This document shows, one piece after another, positions 42,811-51,468 of a DNA stretch of 63,390 bases (position 1 is its first letter; each line of letters begins with the position of its first letter). The position numbers were made by a program, and so were the translations under genes. The DNA is taken from the IMG/VR virus record IMGVR_UViG_3300019458_000008, positions 1 through 63,390 of that record. One strand, written 5' to 3'. This DNA is from a virus. The notes beneath the pieces were generated by a model. It saw only the letters and a program-made list of their open reading frames with translations. It had not been told where the DNA came from and searched no databases.

Positions 42811-42830
42811 CTTGACAAGGGTGTTATAAT
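42811..42830 (+). promoter_or_regulatory. promoter-like motif CTTGACAAGGGTGTTATAAT for the rightward arm
   Basis: Lies 50 nt upstream of the ATG at 42881 and is flanked by GGAAAATGATCG boxes at 42781-42792 and 42842-42853. Confidence 0.65.
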
Positions 42831-42880
42831 GATCGTGTAGTGGAAAATGATCGCAATGCGATCTCATGTAGGAGGTAAGT

Positions 42881-43594
42881 ATGGGGTACAACGAAAAGCT
42901 GGCTGTTGGCAAGCCAGGAGAGATCTTTGAGCTAAACGGTACGTGGTATAAGATCGTTGAGGAGAAAGGGAACAAGCTACTCGGTAAGCGGCAGGAGAGG
43001 TTCCACCCACAGCCCGTTGATCTAGGTGAAGAATGGTACCATCCGGATGGGAAACTGCGGATCTGTAAGAATCCTAAGTGCCCGAATCTAGTACCGCGTA
43101 GCAAGAACCCCGGCCGAGAACGGATCTATTGTAATAGGAGGTGCCTCCAACAGCATGTTCAACGGCGCTACAATAGCGCACAGGGGTGTGTTGGTATTGA
43201 AGGACAGCGTGATGTATTCGGGCGACTCTATGCAATTCGTAACTTTCGCACCGTTCGTGTTTTACCTCTGACGGCGAAGCACCACGTCATGGATCATCTC
43301 GATGATCGGTATGGCCGCTGTCCCGAAGCGGCCGAAGCCTCTAGCTTCCGATGCCCCGCCGTCTGGAACCCGAACTGCATTGATGAATACCAATGGTCTA
43401 GGTGGCACCAGACCGGTCCATGGCCGGGCGCCTGCCTAATTGCAGCTGCGCTTAAGGACAACTACTGGGAGGCTATCCACCACGATGCTGGCCAGCCGGT
43501 CGAGAGGCGATATACGATCGGCCGAGGGGCAACCTGGCGATGGCGCGATGAGGATACTATGCTCCCAATGCCAGAAGGCATTGTTCGTCCGTAG
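42881..43594 (+). CDS. hypothetical Cys-motif protein (possible DNA-binding/regulatory)
   Basis: 237 aa with GGAGG upstream and ..CKNPKCPNLVPRS..RIYCNRRCLQQH.. Confidence 0.65.
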   Translation: MGYNEKLAVGKPGEIFELNGTWYKIVEEKGNKLLGKRQERFHPQPVDLGEEWYHPDGKLRICKNPKCPNLVPRSKNPGRERIYCNRRCLQQHVQRRYNSAQGCVGIEGQRDVFGRLYAIRNFRTVRVLPLTAKHHVMDHLDDRYGRCPEAAEASSFRCPAVWNPNCIDEYQWSRWHQTGPWPGACLIAAALKDNYWEAIHHDAGQPVERRYTIGRGATWRWRDEDTMLPMPEGIVRP

Positions 43595-43634
43595 CTACAG
43601 TCGCTATACTGAAAGTAGAAAGGATTGATGAATA

Positions 43635-43796
43635 ATGGGCGCACCATCTGCTCCAGCGACTACACCTGTTGAAACACCGGTCCGGGCACCGACTCAGGTA
43701 CCAGATGATATGCCGGGTCCCGAGAAGTTCTATAATCCCGAGCGGCTGTGTCCAGATCAAAAACGTGACGGCGGCTGGCGCACCAGGCCGAGCTAA
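43635..43796 (+). CDS. 53-aa Pro-rich hypothetical protein
   Basis: Not in the ORF track. Its stop overlaps the next start (TAATG). It is preceded by the TATACTGAAAGTAGA leader motif. Confidence 0.4.
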   Translation: MGAPSAPATTPVETPVRAPTQVPDDMPGPEKFYNPERLCPDQKRDGGWRTRPS

Positions 43797-44131
43797 TGTG
43801 CCGGCAGTGTCGTGGGCATGGGCAGAACCTGGTAGCAGGACCAGAGGCACCCGCCTTTACGCACGGGTGGTATACAATGCCAAATTGGGTACGCCGTTGT
43901 GAGGTAATCGAATTGCTGGGCGGAAAATGTGTAGATTGTGGCTATCGGGATAATCTTGCTGCCCTAGAATTTGATCATGTGCTACCGCGAACTAGAAAAG
44001 GTTATACGCTCTCCTCAATGTTAGGGCAGAGCCGAAAATGGGTCATGGAAGAAATGAAGCGGGTTGAATTAGTATGCTCGATCTGCCACTCCATACGAAC
44101 CGATCAGCGGCGGAGGGCCCGCCCCGAGTAG
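43796..44131 (+). CDS. HNH endonuclease
   Basis: ..CVDCGYRDNLAALEFDHVLPR.. and ..LVCSICHSIRT.. Confidence 0.8.
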   Translation: MCRQCRGHGQNLVAGPEAPAFTHGWYTMPNWVRRCEVIELLGGKCVDCGYRDNLAALEFDHVLPRTRKGYTLSSMLGQSRKWVMEEMKRVELVCSICHSIRTDQRRRARPE

Positions 44132-44140
44132 GAGGCATAC

Positions 44141-44629
44141 ATGTGCTTTATAAATCCAGCAGCCTACCAGCAATGGGCTGCTGCCTGGGAACAGCATCAG
44201 TCAAAGGTACCCTATTCAAAGATGCCCCAAGAGTTGGCGGATGCGCTAGCACACGAAGCACAGCTCGCGGTAGCATGGTTCCATAATAGCGAGACTATGC
44301 TTCCGGCAGTCATGACAAAGGGTGAAATTACTGATGACCAGGTTCGAGACCGCATCCAAGGCTTCCAGTACGCAATGGACCGGGAGTTGGCACGTATCCA
44401 CCGCATCCAATACGATGATGGGTGGGCGTGGCGCTTCGATGACGATTGGCGAACAAAGCACCGCAAGTGGGTTGAAGCATACGTAGCATGGGAGAAGGAA
44501 GCAAACCCTGAGACTTCCCGGCGATACGACCTGTCGGCACTGCCGTGGACGATGCAACGGGCTCTCTGCACACGATGGCAGCGTATCTGGGAAGAGTGGG
44601 AGGAAAAGGGCTATTCTCCAGGACGCTAA
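44141..44629 (+). CDS. hypothetical protein
   Basis: 162-aa Trp-rich ORF. Confidence 0.6.
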   Translation: MCFINPAAYQQWAAAWEQHQSKVPYSKMPQELADALAHEAQLAVAWFHNSETMLPAVMTKGEITDDQVRDRIQGFQYAMDRELARIHRIQYDDGWAWRFDDDWRTKHRKWVEAYVAWEKEANPETSRRYDLSALPWTMQRALCTRWQRIWEEWEEKGYSPGR

Positions 44630-45014
44630 AGACACGTTTACTATTACGCTGACACGTGATACTGTATGGGCGCTCCAGCAAGCCGTTCGGCCTGGGCCGC
44701 CGATTAGTGATGCAGTAAACCCGGGGGCAGCGGAATACCAACGCTGGGCCTTCAAACTGCGGAACAAGGTCAACCATGCGATCCTCCGGTTTGAGGATGA
44801 GCCCGAGACGGCAAGTGTAGACGTTGATCTCTGTGAAGAAGAAGGCTGGCTAGTGGACCAGACCATTCCCTTCGGTGGAAAGGGAGATGCCGGTACAAAC
44901 CTCCTTTTGCAAATCTTCCGTGGACTTTGGGGGGTTGAGTACCAGCTACCTACATTACTAGGGCCAGATAGAGATCCACCAGCTCTTCTGCTTAATCCAG
45001 ATACGAACGTCTGA
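44613..45014 (+). CDS. hypothetical protein lacking an ATG/GTG/TTG start (candidate ATT start)
   Basis: The frame is open from 44487 to 45014 with no canonical start before 44853. The sequence is protein-like from about 44613. GGGAGG at 44598-44603 lies 9 nt before ATT 44613. Confidence 0.4.
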   Translation: MLQDAKDTFTITLTRDTVWALQQAVRPGPPISDAVNPGAAEYQRWAFKLRNKVNHAILRFEDEPETASVDVDLCEEEGWLVDQTIPFGGKGDAGTNLLLQIFRGLWGVEYQLPTLLGPDRDPPALLLNPDTNV

Positions 45015-45256
45015 TATACTTAGGGTAGTGAAGTGGAAGCAGTGCGATGCTGTCTTCTCCGGGGGGCCAGCTGCCGCCTCCTCACTGTCCCCCCGGCACT
45101 ACTTAGGAGATTGCAATATGACTGAGGATCGAACCAGTGAACTTGGCACCGCTGATTTGCCGAATAGTTGGGCATACGCAGCCAAAGGCAGTTATCATAC
45201 ATGGCCAACTATATCGCTGGCGGTGGTGTAAAAGGTGTCACGTCCGATTATACTAG

Positions 45257-45637
45257 ATGTCTAGAGAAGTAATTATAGCTGATGGTAGGCCTGTAGTCGC
45301 AACCCGCGTGAGCCGTAAAGAGGCCATGGAGCGGGCCGAGCTGTTTGTTGCCAAGAACCTGCCGAAGTACCTCAAGAAGCTACATGAGCTGGCAATGGGC
45401 ATCACGGCGGTCAAGGACACGAAGGCTGGGCCGAAGATATACATGGAGCCACCCGATCGGCAGGCTCTGCAATACCTAATTGACCGAGGCCTTGGTAAGA
45501 TTCCCGACCGCGTGGAGCTGACCGGTGAAGATGGCGGTCCAATGGCTATAATCCCTTGGATGCCGAAGAGGTTGCTGGATGAGCAGGTCATTGACGGCGA
45601 GGCTAGGGACGTAACCGACGAAAGTCCAGATGGCTAA
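45257..45637 (+). CDS. terS: small terminase subunit candidate
   Basis: 126 aa directly upstream of, and overlapping, terL. ..PPDRQALQYLIDRGLGKIP.. is a pattern common in TerS proteins. Confidence 0.55.
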   Translation: MSREVIIADGRPVVATRVSRKEAMERAELFVAKNLPKYLKKLHELAMGITAVKDTKAGPKIYMEPPDRQALQYLIDRGLGKIPDRVELTGEDGGPMAIIPWMPKRLLDEQVIDGEARDVTDESPDG

Positions 45638-48293
45638 GACTAGACTCTCGGAGAAGCAAAAGGCCATCCGTCGTGGGGGCGCTGACAGCAATCGGAAGGT
45701 CTTGTATCCGATCCACGACGGCCCGCAAGAACTTCTAATGACTTCGGACGCTGAGGAGATTTTGTACGGAGGTTCATTAGGAGGTGGTAAGGACTTGAGT
45801 GTAGGGACTAAAATTCCAACTCCTATGGGTTGGAAGTTAAATGGTGACCTCGTAGCAGGTGATTACGTCCTCGACGAACAAGGGCGACCTAACAAAGTTC
45901 TTGTTGCCTACCCGTCACACATGCCAGAACGAGCATACCGCCTTGTTTTTGATGATGGCTCCACAATTGAGGCTAGCAATACTCATCTGTGGCTCACGTA
46001 CAGTGCCGCTGAATTAGCCGCACTGACGCGCCGTGATCCAGCCTGGCGAGCACGTCGCCGAGCAAAGCGACCATCACGGGCAAGAGGGAACAAGTCCGCT
46101 ATATTCACGGCTGCAATCGCAGAGCGCAATAGACGGCATGCAGCTTTGCAAACATTAGAAGCACCCACTGGGAGCGTGAGGACTACTGACGAGGTCGTTC
46201 GTACGCTTCGCCTTCCGTCCGGTCAGACAAACCATGCAATCCCAGTAGCCAAAGCTCTTGAGCTGCCTGAGAAGGACTTTCTTCTCGATCCTTATCTCCT
46301 TGGCGTCTGGCTTGGCGATGGTACTGCTGTGAATGGGCAGATATGCACAATGGATGTTGAAATTGATGCAGCATTCATTGCCGCAGGGTTCTCCTTCGGT
46401 AAGGCATCTTCACAAGGTAAGGCGTGGGCACACAAAGTTCTAGGGCTTCAGCCGCTACTCCAGCAACTCGACGTTCTCGGTAATAAACACATTCCACCAC
46501 AATACCTTCGTGCATCTAAAGCCCAACGCCTTGCCCTTCTACAAGGGCTCATGGATACGGACGGTACCGTATGCTCAGCAGGCCTCAGTCGTGAGAACCG
46601 TTCTAATGGCGTCGAGTTTACCAATACTAATAAGAATCTTATCGATGGGGTCTACGAGCTTATCGTTTCATTAGGCTGGAAGGCACGTATAATCGAAGGT
46701 CGCGCGAGGCTGAATGGTAAGGATTGTGGCCCCAAGTGGGATATCAAATGGACGCCAGATGAATATGTCTTTCGATTGACTCGCAAGCGTAAAAAGCAGC
46801 GGCTTGCAACCCGGCGAGTAACTAAGTTCCGGTATATCGTAGATGCAATTCCTATTGAGCCTATACCAATGCGTTGCATTTCTGTCGAGTCCCCTTCTTC
46901 TCTTTACCTTGCCGGAGACTCGATGATTCCTACACACAATTCATATGGACTCCGGGCCTGGGGGGTTAGCTACTGCCTAGTATACCCGGGTGCCAAGGTA
47001 GCCCTGTTCCGCCAGACGTTCCCCCAGCTTGAGCAGTCCCACCTGATTGCTATCCAGCAGGAAGTGCCAGAGTCGGTAGCTCATTACTCTCCAAAAGACC
47101 ATACGTTGATATTTCCGAACGGTTCGATTCTCTTCTTCTGTGTCTGTGAGAAGGACGAAGACGCTCGGAAGTTTGACACAACTGAGTTCGATGCACTGCT
47201 CTTCGATGAGCTGACCCACTTTACCAAGTTCCAATATGAATATCTGATCAGCCGAATGCGATCAACCAAGGATTGGTGGCCGGGACCGAGGATACGTGCA
47301 GCTGCAACCCCGCTTGGTCGTGGGCATGATTGGGTAAAAGAACGCTGGGTATCTGTTCCCACGGAAGATGGCGGACCGATTCTGCCATTTAAGGTATGGA
47401 CCGCCCCACGAAACCAGGGAGGCATGAAACGCCTGTTTATCCCTGCGCGTGTTACTGATAACCCCGCGCTTATGAACAGTGACCCCGACTATATCCGACG
47501 ACTGGAAACACTGCCATATGAAGAGCGGATTGCAAAGATCGAGGGGAACTGGGATACCTTCACGGGCCAGTTCTTCCAGCGATGGCGGCCGTCCGTCCAT
47601 ATCATCGCCCAGATGGACATCCCTCCAGACTGGGACCGGTTCATGTGCGTAGATTATGGGTTCTTCAAGCCCTACGCTGTCCTGTGGTTTGCCCGGCCCC
47701 CTGGTAGCGATACGGCAATATTTTATAGGGAACAGTACGGGACGGGTGTTAAGCTTGATGAACAGGTCCGCCTAGCACGTGAAGCGGTCAAGGCAACCGA
47801 AGAAAAGATTAAGGCCGTGGTTCTCGACCCAGCCATGTTTGGTAAGGTCAACCACAAGGGCGAGCAGTTCGAGCCTATGGCTTCCGATTGGAAGGCGGTA
47901 TTTAATAACGTGGTACCCGGTAACAATGAACGAATCGTCGGCTGGCGGCTCATGCGCGAGATGCTTGACTGGCAGGAGCGACCGGATGGGGGCGTACTGG
48001 TTCCCCCACGATTATTCTTTATCCAGGGTACCTGCCCAAATGCGATTCGAACACTGCCCAATCTAATCTGTAATGAACATAACCTGGAGGATGTTGATAC
48101 GGACAAGGAGGACCACGCCGCTGACGCAATTCGCTATGGCTTGCGCCATGCCTTTGAGGGACGTGGGCGGACTGGACGGGGAAAACGGTACTATCTAACA
48201 TCGGATGGCATCAGGACTAGTCCAGTTGCACGGCCAGCCCGAGCCCTTGACCCAGATATGCGCCTACGAGAGATGGGCGTACTCGACTGGTAA
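45630..48293 (+). CDS. terL: large terminase subunit, interrupted by an intein in the Walker A loop
   Basis: GSLGGGK|intein|S reconstitutes GxxxxGKS. Walker B ..ALLFDELTHF... C-terminal nuclease ..DKEDHAADAIRYG.. Confidence 0.9.
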   Translation: MAKTRLSEKQKAIRRGGADSNRKVLYPIHDGPQELLMTSDAEEILYGGSLGGGKDLSVGTKIPTPMGWKLNGDLVAGDYVLDEQGRPNKVLVAYPSHMPERAYRLVFDDGSTIEASNTHLWLTYSAAELAALTRRDPAWRARRRAKRPSRARGNKSAIFTAAIAERNRRHAALQTLEAPTGSVRTTDEVVRTLRLPSGQTNHAIPVAKALELPEKDFLLDPYLLGVWLGDGTAVNGQICTMDVEIDAAFIAAGFSFGKASSQGKAWAHKVLGLQPLLQQLDVLGNKHIPPQYLRASKAQRLALLQGLMDTDGTVCSAGLSRENRSNGVEFTNTNKNLIDGVYELIVSLGWKARIIEGRARLNGKDCGPKWDIKWTPDEYVFRLTRKRKKQRLATRRVTKFRYIVDAIPIEPIPMRCISVESPSSLYLAGDSMIPTHNSYGLRAWGVSYCLVYPGAKVALFRQTFPQLEQSHLIAIQQEVPESVAHYSPKDHTLIFPNGSILFFCVCEKDEDARKFDTTEFDALLFDELTHFTKFQYEYLISRMRSTKDWWPGPRIRAAATPLGRGHDWVKERWVSVPTEDGGPILPFKVWTAPRNQGGMKRLFIPARVTDNPALMNSDPDYIRRLETLPYEERIAKIEGNWDTFTGQFFQRWRPSVHIIAQMDIPPDWDRFMCVDYGFFKPYAVLWFARPPGSDTAIFYREQYGTGVKLDEQVRLAREAVKATEEKIKAVVLDPAMFGKVNHKGEQFEPMASDWKAVFNNVVPGNNERIVGWRLMREMLDWQERPDGGVLVPPRLFFIQGTCPNAIRTLPNLICNEHNLEDVDTDKEDHAADAIRYGLRHAFEGRGRTGRGKRYYLTSDGIRTSPVARPARALDPDMRLREMGVLDW
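45792..46940 (+). mobile_element. class 3-type intein (383 aa) with LAGLIDADG homing endonuclease
   Basis: Starts with Asp (no N-terminal nucleophile). Block B ..SNTHLW.. (Trp), block F ..MRCISVE.. (Cys), block G ..IPTHN|S (Thr). Two dodecapeptide motifs, LLGVWLGDGT and LLQGLMDTDGT. Confidence 0.75.
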
Positions 48294-48312
48294 ACTTAAC
48301 TAGGAGATTATT

Positions 48313-50361
48313 ATGCCCTTGACATTTGGATCGGACAGTGACGTATGGGCTCTAGTTGAGTCTCTCAAGCGGTCCTTCGGTAAGCGGGACCGTATGTGGG
48401 CGCAGCGTCGGCGGATTCGATATCGGCAGATGGGGCGGGAGCTAGAGTCGCTACCACTTAACCCACGTATCAAGGACACGGCGTTGATGACCTACCAGTC
48501 AGATGTGCCGAACCAAGAAACGCACAAGCGCGTCAAGCGCCTGGTCGCAAACCCCCCTCGGCTCGAAGTAGTTATCTATGACGATGCCCCTGCAACCCAA
48601 CGACTTGGGCAGGACCTCGAAGATGGCCTGAAGGCCCTCCTGGGGTGGATGGAGCAGCACAGTCCATTCCACCGTCGAGCGGCCCAGCACCAGATGGGCG
48701 ATGGCCTAGGGATCCTGAAGATCGACTTCATCCCGGGGCACGGCAGTGTCCTTGCGGATTATGATCTGGACGTGGTTACCAGCGAAGAGGAAGACGAGAC
48801 TGACGATGAGGGTGCGGCCACCCGGAACCGTATTCGGACTGACTTCCGCGACCGGCTGCTCCGGGGCGAGAGCCCACCCGAGGCCTACGATAAGATGACT
48901 GACGGTGCCCTCCGAACCGAGCTACCACCGTACAGGATGGTAGCCGTTGACCCACTCGCCTGCTACTGGTGGGAGGATGATGATGGAATCGAGGTTATTG
49001 CTGAAGTCGGTAAGAAGTCACTTAACCCACTGCTAGATGCGCTCCGAGGCTATGGCCTTAGCCTAGAGAACAACCGGTTAATCGTCCGTGGTGATGGTAG
49101 CGAGGCCATTGGCGGGCCAACGATGCCCGACTCACGAACTCATAGCGACCTTGGCTCTCAGGTTACCTTTGTTGAGATTCGAACTCGGACTCAGGTTATC
49201 TTGCTGATCGAGCATCCAAAGATTAAGGGAATGAAGCGCGACCTAAATGATAAGGGAGTTATCCTTCGGTTCGATAACCCATTTGGTCCATATACGACAG
49301 GGTATGCACTGATAGCCGGTGACGAGACTACAGAAGTCGAGCCGGCTCTGCGCTACCAGCCACCAATCCTGGCAGCCCTTAACGCAGCCCAAGCGCAGAA
49401 CGTGTTGATGACGGCGCGACTATCGGCATCACTTGAGGATGCTCTATCTCCGGAGTACATCAAGGTATCTCCGGAAGTGGCGGATGCGCCAACGGACGAG
49501 GATAAGACACCGACTGTCAACGAAAGTCGTGAGATTCCAGTAATCCCTGGTGAGATCAAGCGGATCGAGTCACTGAAGACGGACCTTGCACAAATCGACC
49601 AGCGGATTATGCTCGACGCGTCGGTGGGAGCATTCCAGGATGTCTTGCAAGGTGATGCAAAGTCGGAAGCTACTGGTCACCGGCTTGCTATTCAGGTATC
49701 GCAGGCCGATATCCAGATGGTGCCTTACCAGAACTCCCGGGCGCTTGCCCTCAAGGAACTGTTGAAGGGCATTATCTATTCAATTCGAAAGCACAGCCTA
49801 CCGATTTACATTCCAACCGTACCGGGTGGCCGGCGATCTGCTAACCGTGTTCAGGTTGCCCAGCATGCAGTCATTACTCCCGAGATGGCGGATATGGACT
49901 TTGAGCTAATCGTCACGCTCGGCGCCGAGACCCCAATGACAAAGTACGCGCGTGAGCAGCACCTGCGTGATCAGGAAGAGGCGGGTACTGTCGGTTATCA
50001 GACCGTTGTCGAGGCAAGCGCAGAGAATCCAGAGGATGAGATCAAGCGCGTGTTTGAGGGCAAGATGCTCAAGGCTGTGATGGATCGGTCAATCCCACTG
50101 CTCGCAGATGCACTGCTACAATACATTGAGCAGAAGCTTGCGGCTGCGCAGGGCCAGGGCGGAGGCGGGGAAGCGGGACAGCTTCCATTCCAGGCTACTC
50201 CTGAGACGGGCCTAGCTGGTGGTGGTGGTGCTGGCCCGATTGGTAATCCAGCGGATGTCGTTCGTCTGCCAGGCGTGAATATGCCAGTAACACAGACAGT
50301 TCAGAGTGGACCCGGTGCTGGTACGCCTGAATCACCAGGGACGGGTTCCGTTGGCTACTAA
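48313..50361 (+). CDS. portal protein (by position and size)
   Basis: 682 aa immediately after terL, with a Gly-rich C-terminal tail. Confidence 0.7.
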   Translation: MPLTFGSDSDVWALVESLKRSFGKRDRMWAQRRRIRYRQMGRELESLPLNPRIKDTALMTYQSDVPNQETHKRVKRLVANPPRLEVVIYDDAPATQRLGQDLEDGLKALLGWMEQHSPFHRRAAQHQMGDGLGILKIDFIPGHGSVLADYDLDVVTSEEEDETDDEGAATRNRIRTDFRDRLLRGESPPEAYDKMTDGALRTELPPYRMVAVDPLACYWWEDDDGIEVIAEVGKKSLNPLLDALRGYGLSLENNRLIVRGDGSEAIGGPTMPDSRTHSDLGSQVTFVEIRTRTQVILLIEHPKIKGMKRDLNDKGVILRFDNPFGPYTTGYALIAGDETTEVEPALRYQPPILAALNAAQAQNVLMTARLSASLEDALSPEYIKVSPEVADAPTDEDKTPTVNESREIPVIPGEIKRIESLKTDLAQIDQRIMLDASVGAFQDVLQGDAKSEATGHRLAIQVSQADIQMVPYQNSRALALKELLKGIIYSIRKHSLPIYIPTVPGGRRSANRVQVAQHAVITPEMADMDFELIVTLGAETPMTKYAREQHLRDQEEAGTVGYQTVVEASAENPEDEIKRVFEGKMLKAVMDRSIPLLADALLQYIEQKLAAAQGQGGGGEAGQLPFQATPETGLAGGGGAGPIGNPADVVRLPGVNMPVTQTVQSGPGAGTPESPGTGSVGY

Positions 50362-50647
50362 GCAACCAAGTAATAATCCGATCCTCGGACCGGCGTGGAT
50401 TAACGACCGCGCTAATAATGTCCTCGACCGCCTAGAGGAAATCGTCGACTATCTGCTCGATGATGGGCTGTTGTCGCAAGGCTATCTACCATTTGAGACA
50501 GAACTAACCCCGGGATTGCTTCGGCGGATGCAGGGGGATGATATTAAGAAACTACTTGGGAGTAGCGGATCGGTTGAGGAGCAGTCTGCAATACTTGATA
50601 TGTTGCAGGACCTCCAGGCAACGGTCGTACCTGAGCCGCCTGTATAG
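50306..50647 (+). CDS. hypothetical protein
   Basis: 113-aa ORF. The listed start overlaps the portal gene by 56 nt, and no canonical start lies downstream of the portal stop. Confidence 0.45.
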   Translation: MDPVLVRLNHQGRVPLATKQPSNNPILGPAWINDRANNVLDRLEEIVDYLLDDGLLSQGYLPFETELTPGLLRRMQGDDIKKLLGSSGSVEEQSAILDMLQDLQATVVPEPPV

Positions 50648-50676
50648 AGACATGATATACTGAAATGAGGTGATCT

Positions 50677-51468
50677 ATGCCTGACGGAAATAAGCGAAGC
50701 GGCGGTCGTGGCCTACTTGATATTGCTCTCGGCGTTGCCGGTATTGGGCTTGGGGAAGCTTTGGGCGGTGGCCGACAAGGCCAGGGGCGAGGTACACGCC
50801 GGACTGGACCAACAGGTGAGACCGTCTATGGAGATGTTACCTATGTCAGCGATCCAGCAACGGGCCGGAGGTCGCAGTGGCTCTGGTCCGAGCCTGCCTA
50901 TGATATTCTAGGAAATGTTACCGATCCTGGCGGTTGGAAGCAGGCTGATTCATACTTCCCGCAAGATGCAGGAGATGGATCATCGGCTTATAATTCCCAG
51001 CTCGACTATCAGCTAGGACTCAAGGGTCTTGAAGTTGACTGGGCGCGGGTGGCCAACGATCGTGAGCGGGTTGCAATCGAACGTCAGGTCGCAGCCGAAG
51101 GTCGCCGGGCCAATATGGCCCAAGAGGCTGAGGCTCGAAAGCAGCGGGCGCTGTCTGCGAATGCGACAGCTATCGATGCCTATTTGACTGGGACGCAGCT
51201 GGCGGATGCACGGAGGCTCAGCGCTCTGCAAGAAGCACGAGCGCTTTTGCCCTCCCTAGTCTCACCAGACCAGCAGTATTTCGCAGGCCAAGAACCCGGC
51301 GGTGCACTTTCGGTAGCCTCTGCACGGTTCGGCCTCCCGTTCAGTCCTGCTGAGATTCAACATACCCGTCTGTCTCCTGGAGCACTGGCCCAGACGCCAA
51401 CTCGGGGAGACGTAGGCAGTGATATCATCAACTACATTGGACAGGTCCAACAGGCAGGTAGGGCATAA
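50677..51468 (+). CDS. Gly/Gln/Ala-rich virion-associated protein
   Basis: 263 aa with GAGG upstream. Confidence 0.6.
   Translation: MPDGNKRSGGRGLLDIALGVAGIGLGEALGGGRQGQGRGTRRTGPTGETVYGDVTYVSDPATGRRSQWLWSEPAYDILGNVTDPGGWKQADSYFPQDAGDGSSAYNSQLDYQLGLKGLEVDWARVANDRERVAIERQVAAEGRRANMAQEAEARKQRALSANATAIDAYLTGTQLADARRLSALQEARALLPSLVSPDQQYFAGQEPGGALSVASARFGLPFSPAEIQHTRLSPGALAQTPTRGDVGSDIINYIGQVQQAGRA

Noticed and set aside
42811-42830. Reading TTGACA and TATAAT as a canonical sigma-70 -35/-10 pair
   Set aside because: The spacer is 7 nt in all three copies, far from the usual 16-18, and no -35-like hexamer sits at the proper distance. I kept it as an unusual conserved element instead.
44246-44866. 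Minus-strand ORFs 44246-44866 (206 aa), 44328-44777 and 44212-44571
   Set aside because: They are Ser/Arg/Cys/Pro-rich nonsense-like translations antisense to two good plus-strand frames in a uniformly plus-strand arm.
44141-45014. Programmed frameshift fusing 44141-44629 to the downstream start-less frame
   Set aside because: It would require a +1 or -2 shift, and I see no slippery heptamer or rare-codon pause site in the overlap. ATT initiation or a sequence error is simpler. It is reported only as an open question.
45249-45259. TATACT 3 nt upstream of the terS ATG as a promoter for a leaderless mRNA
   Set aside because: Transcription would be expected to start downstream of this ATG, so the geometry does not fit. 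It is likely coincidental or part of the upstream leader.
45792-45794. Concern that the terL insert is not an intein because it begins with Asp
   Set aside because: The Trp (block B), Cys (block F) and Thr (block G) pattern fits class 3 inteins, which do not need an N-terminal nucleophile. Excision exactly restores the Walker A GKS.
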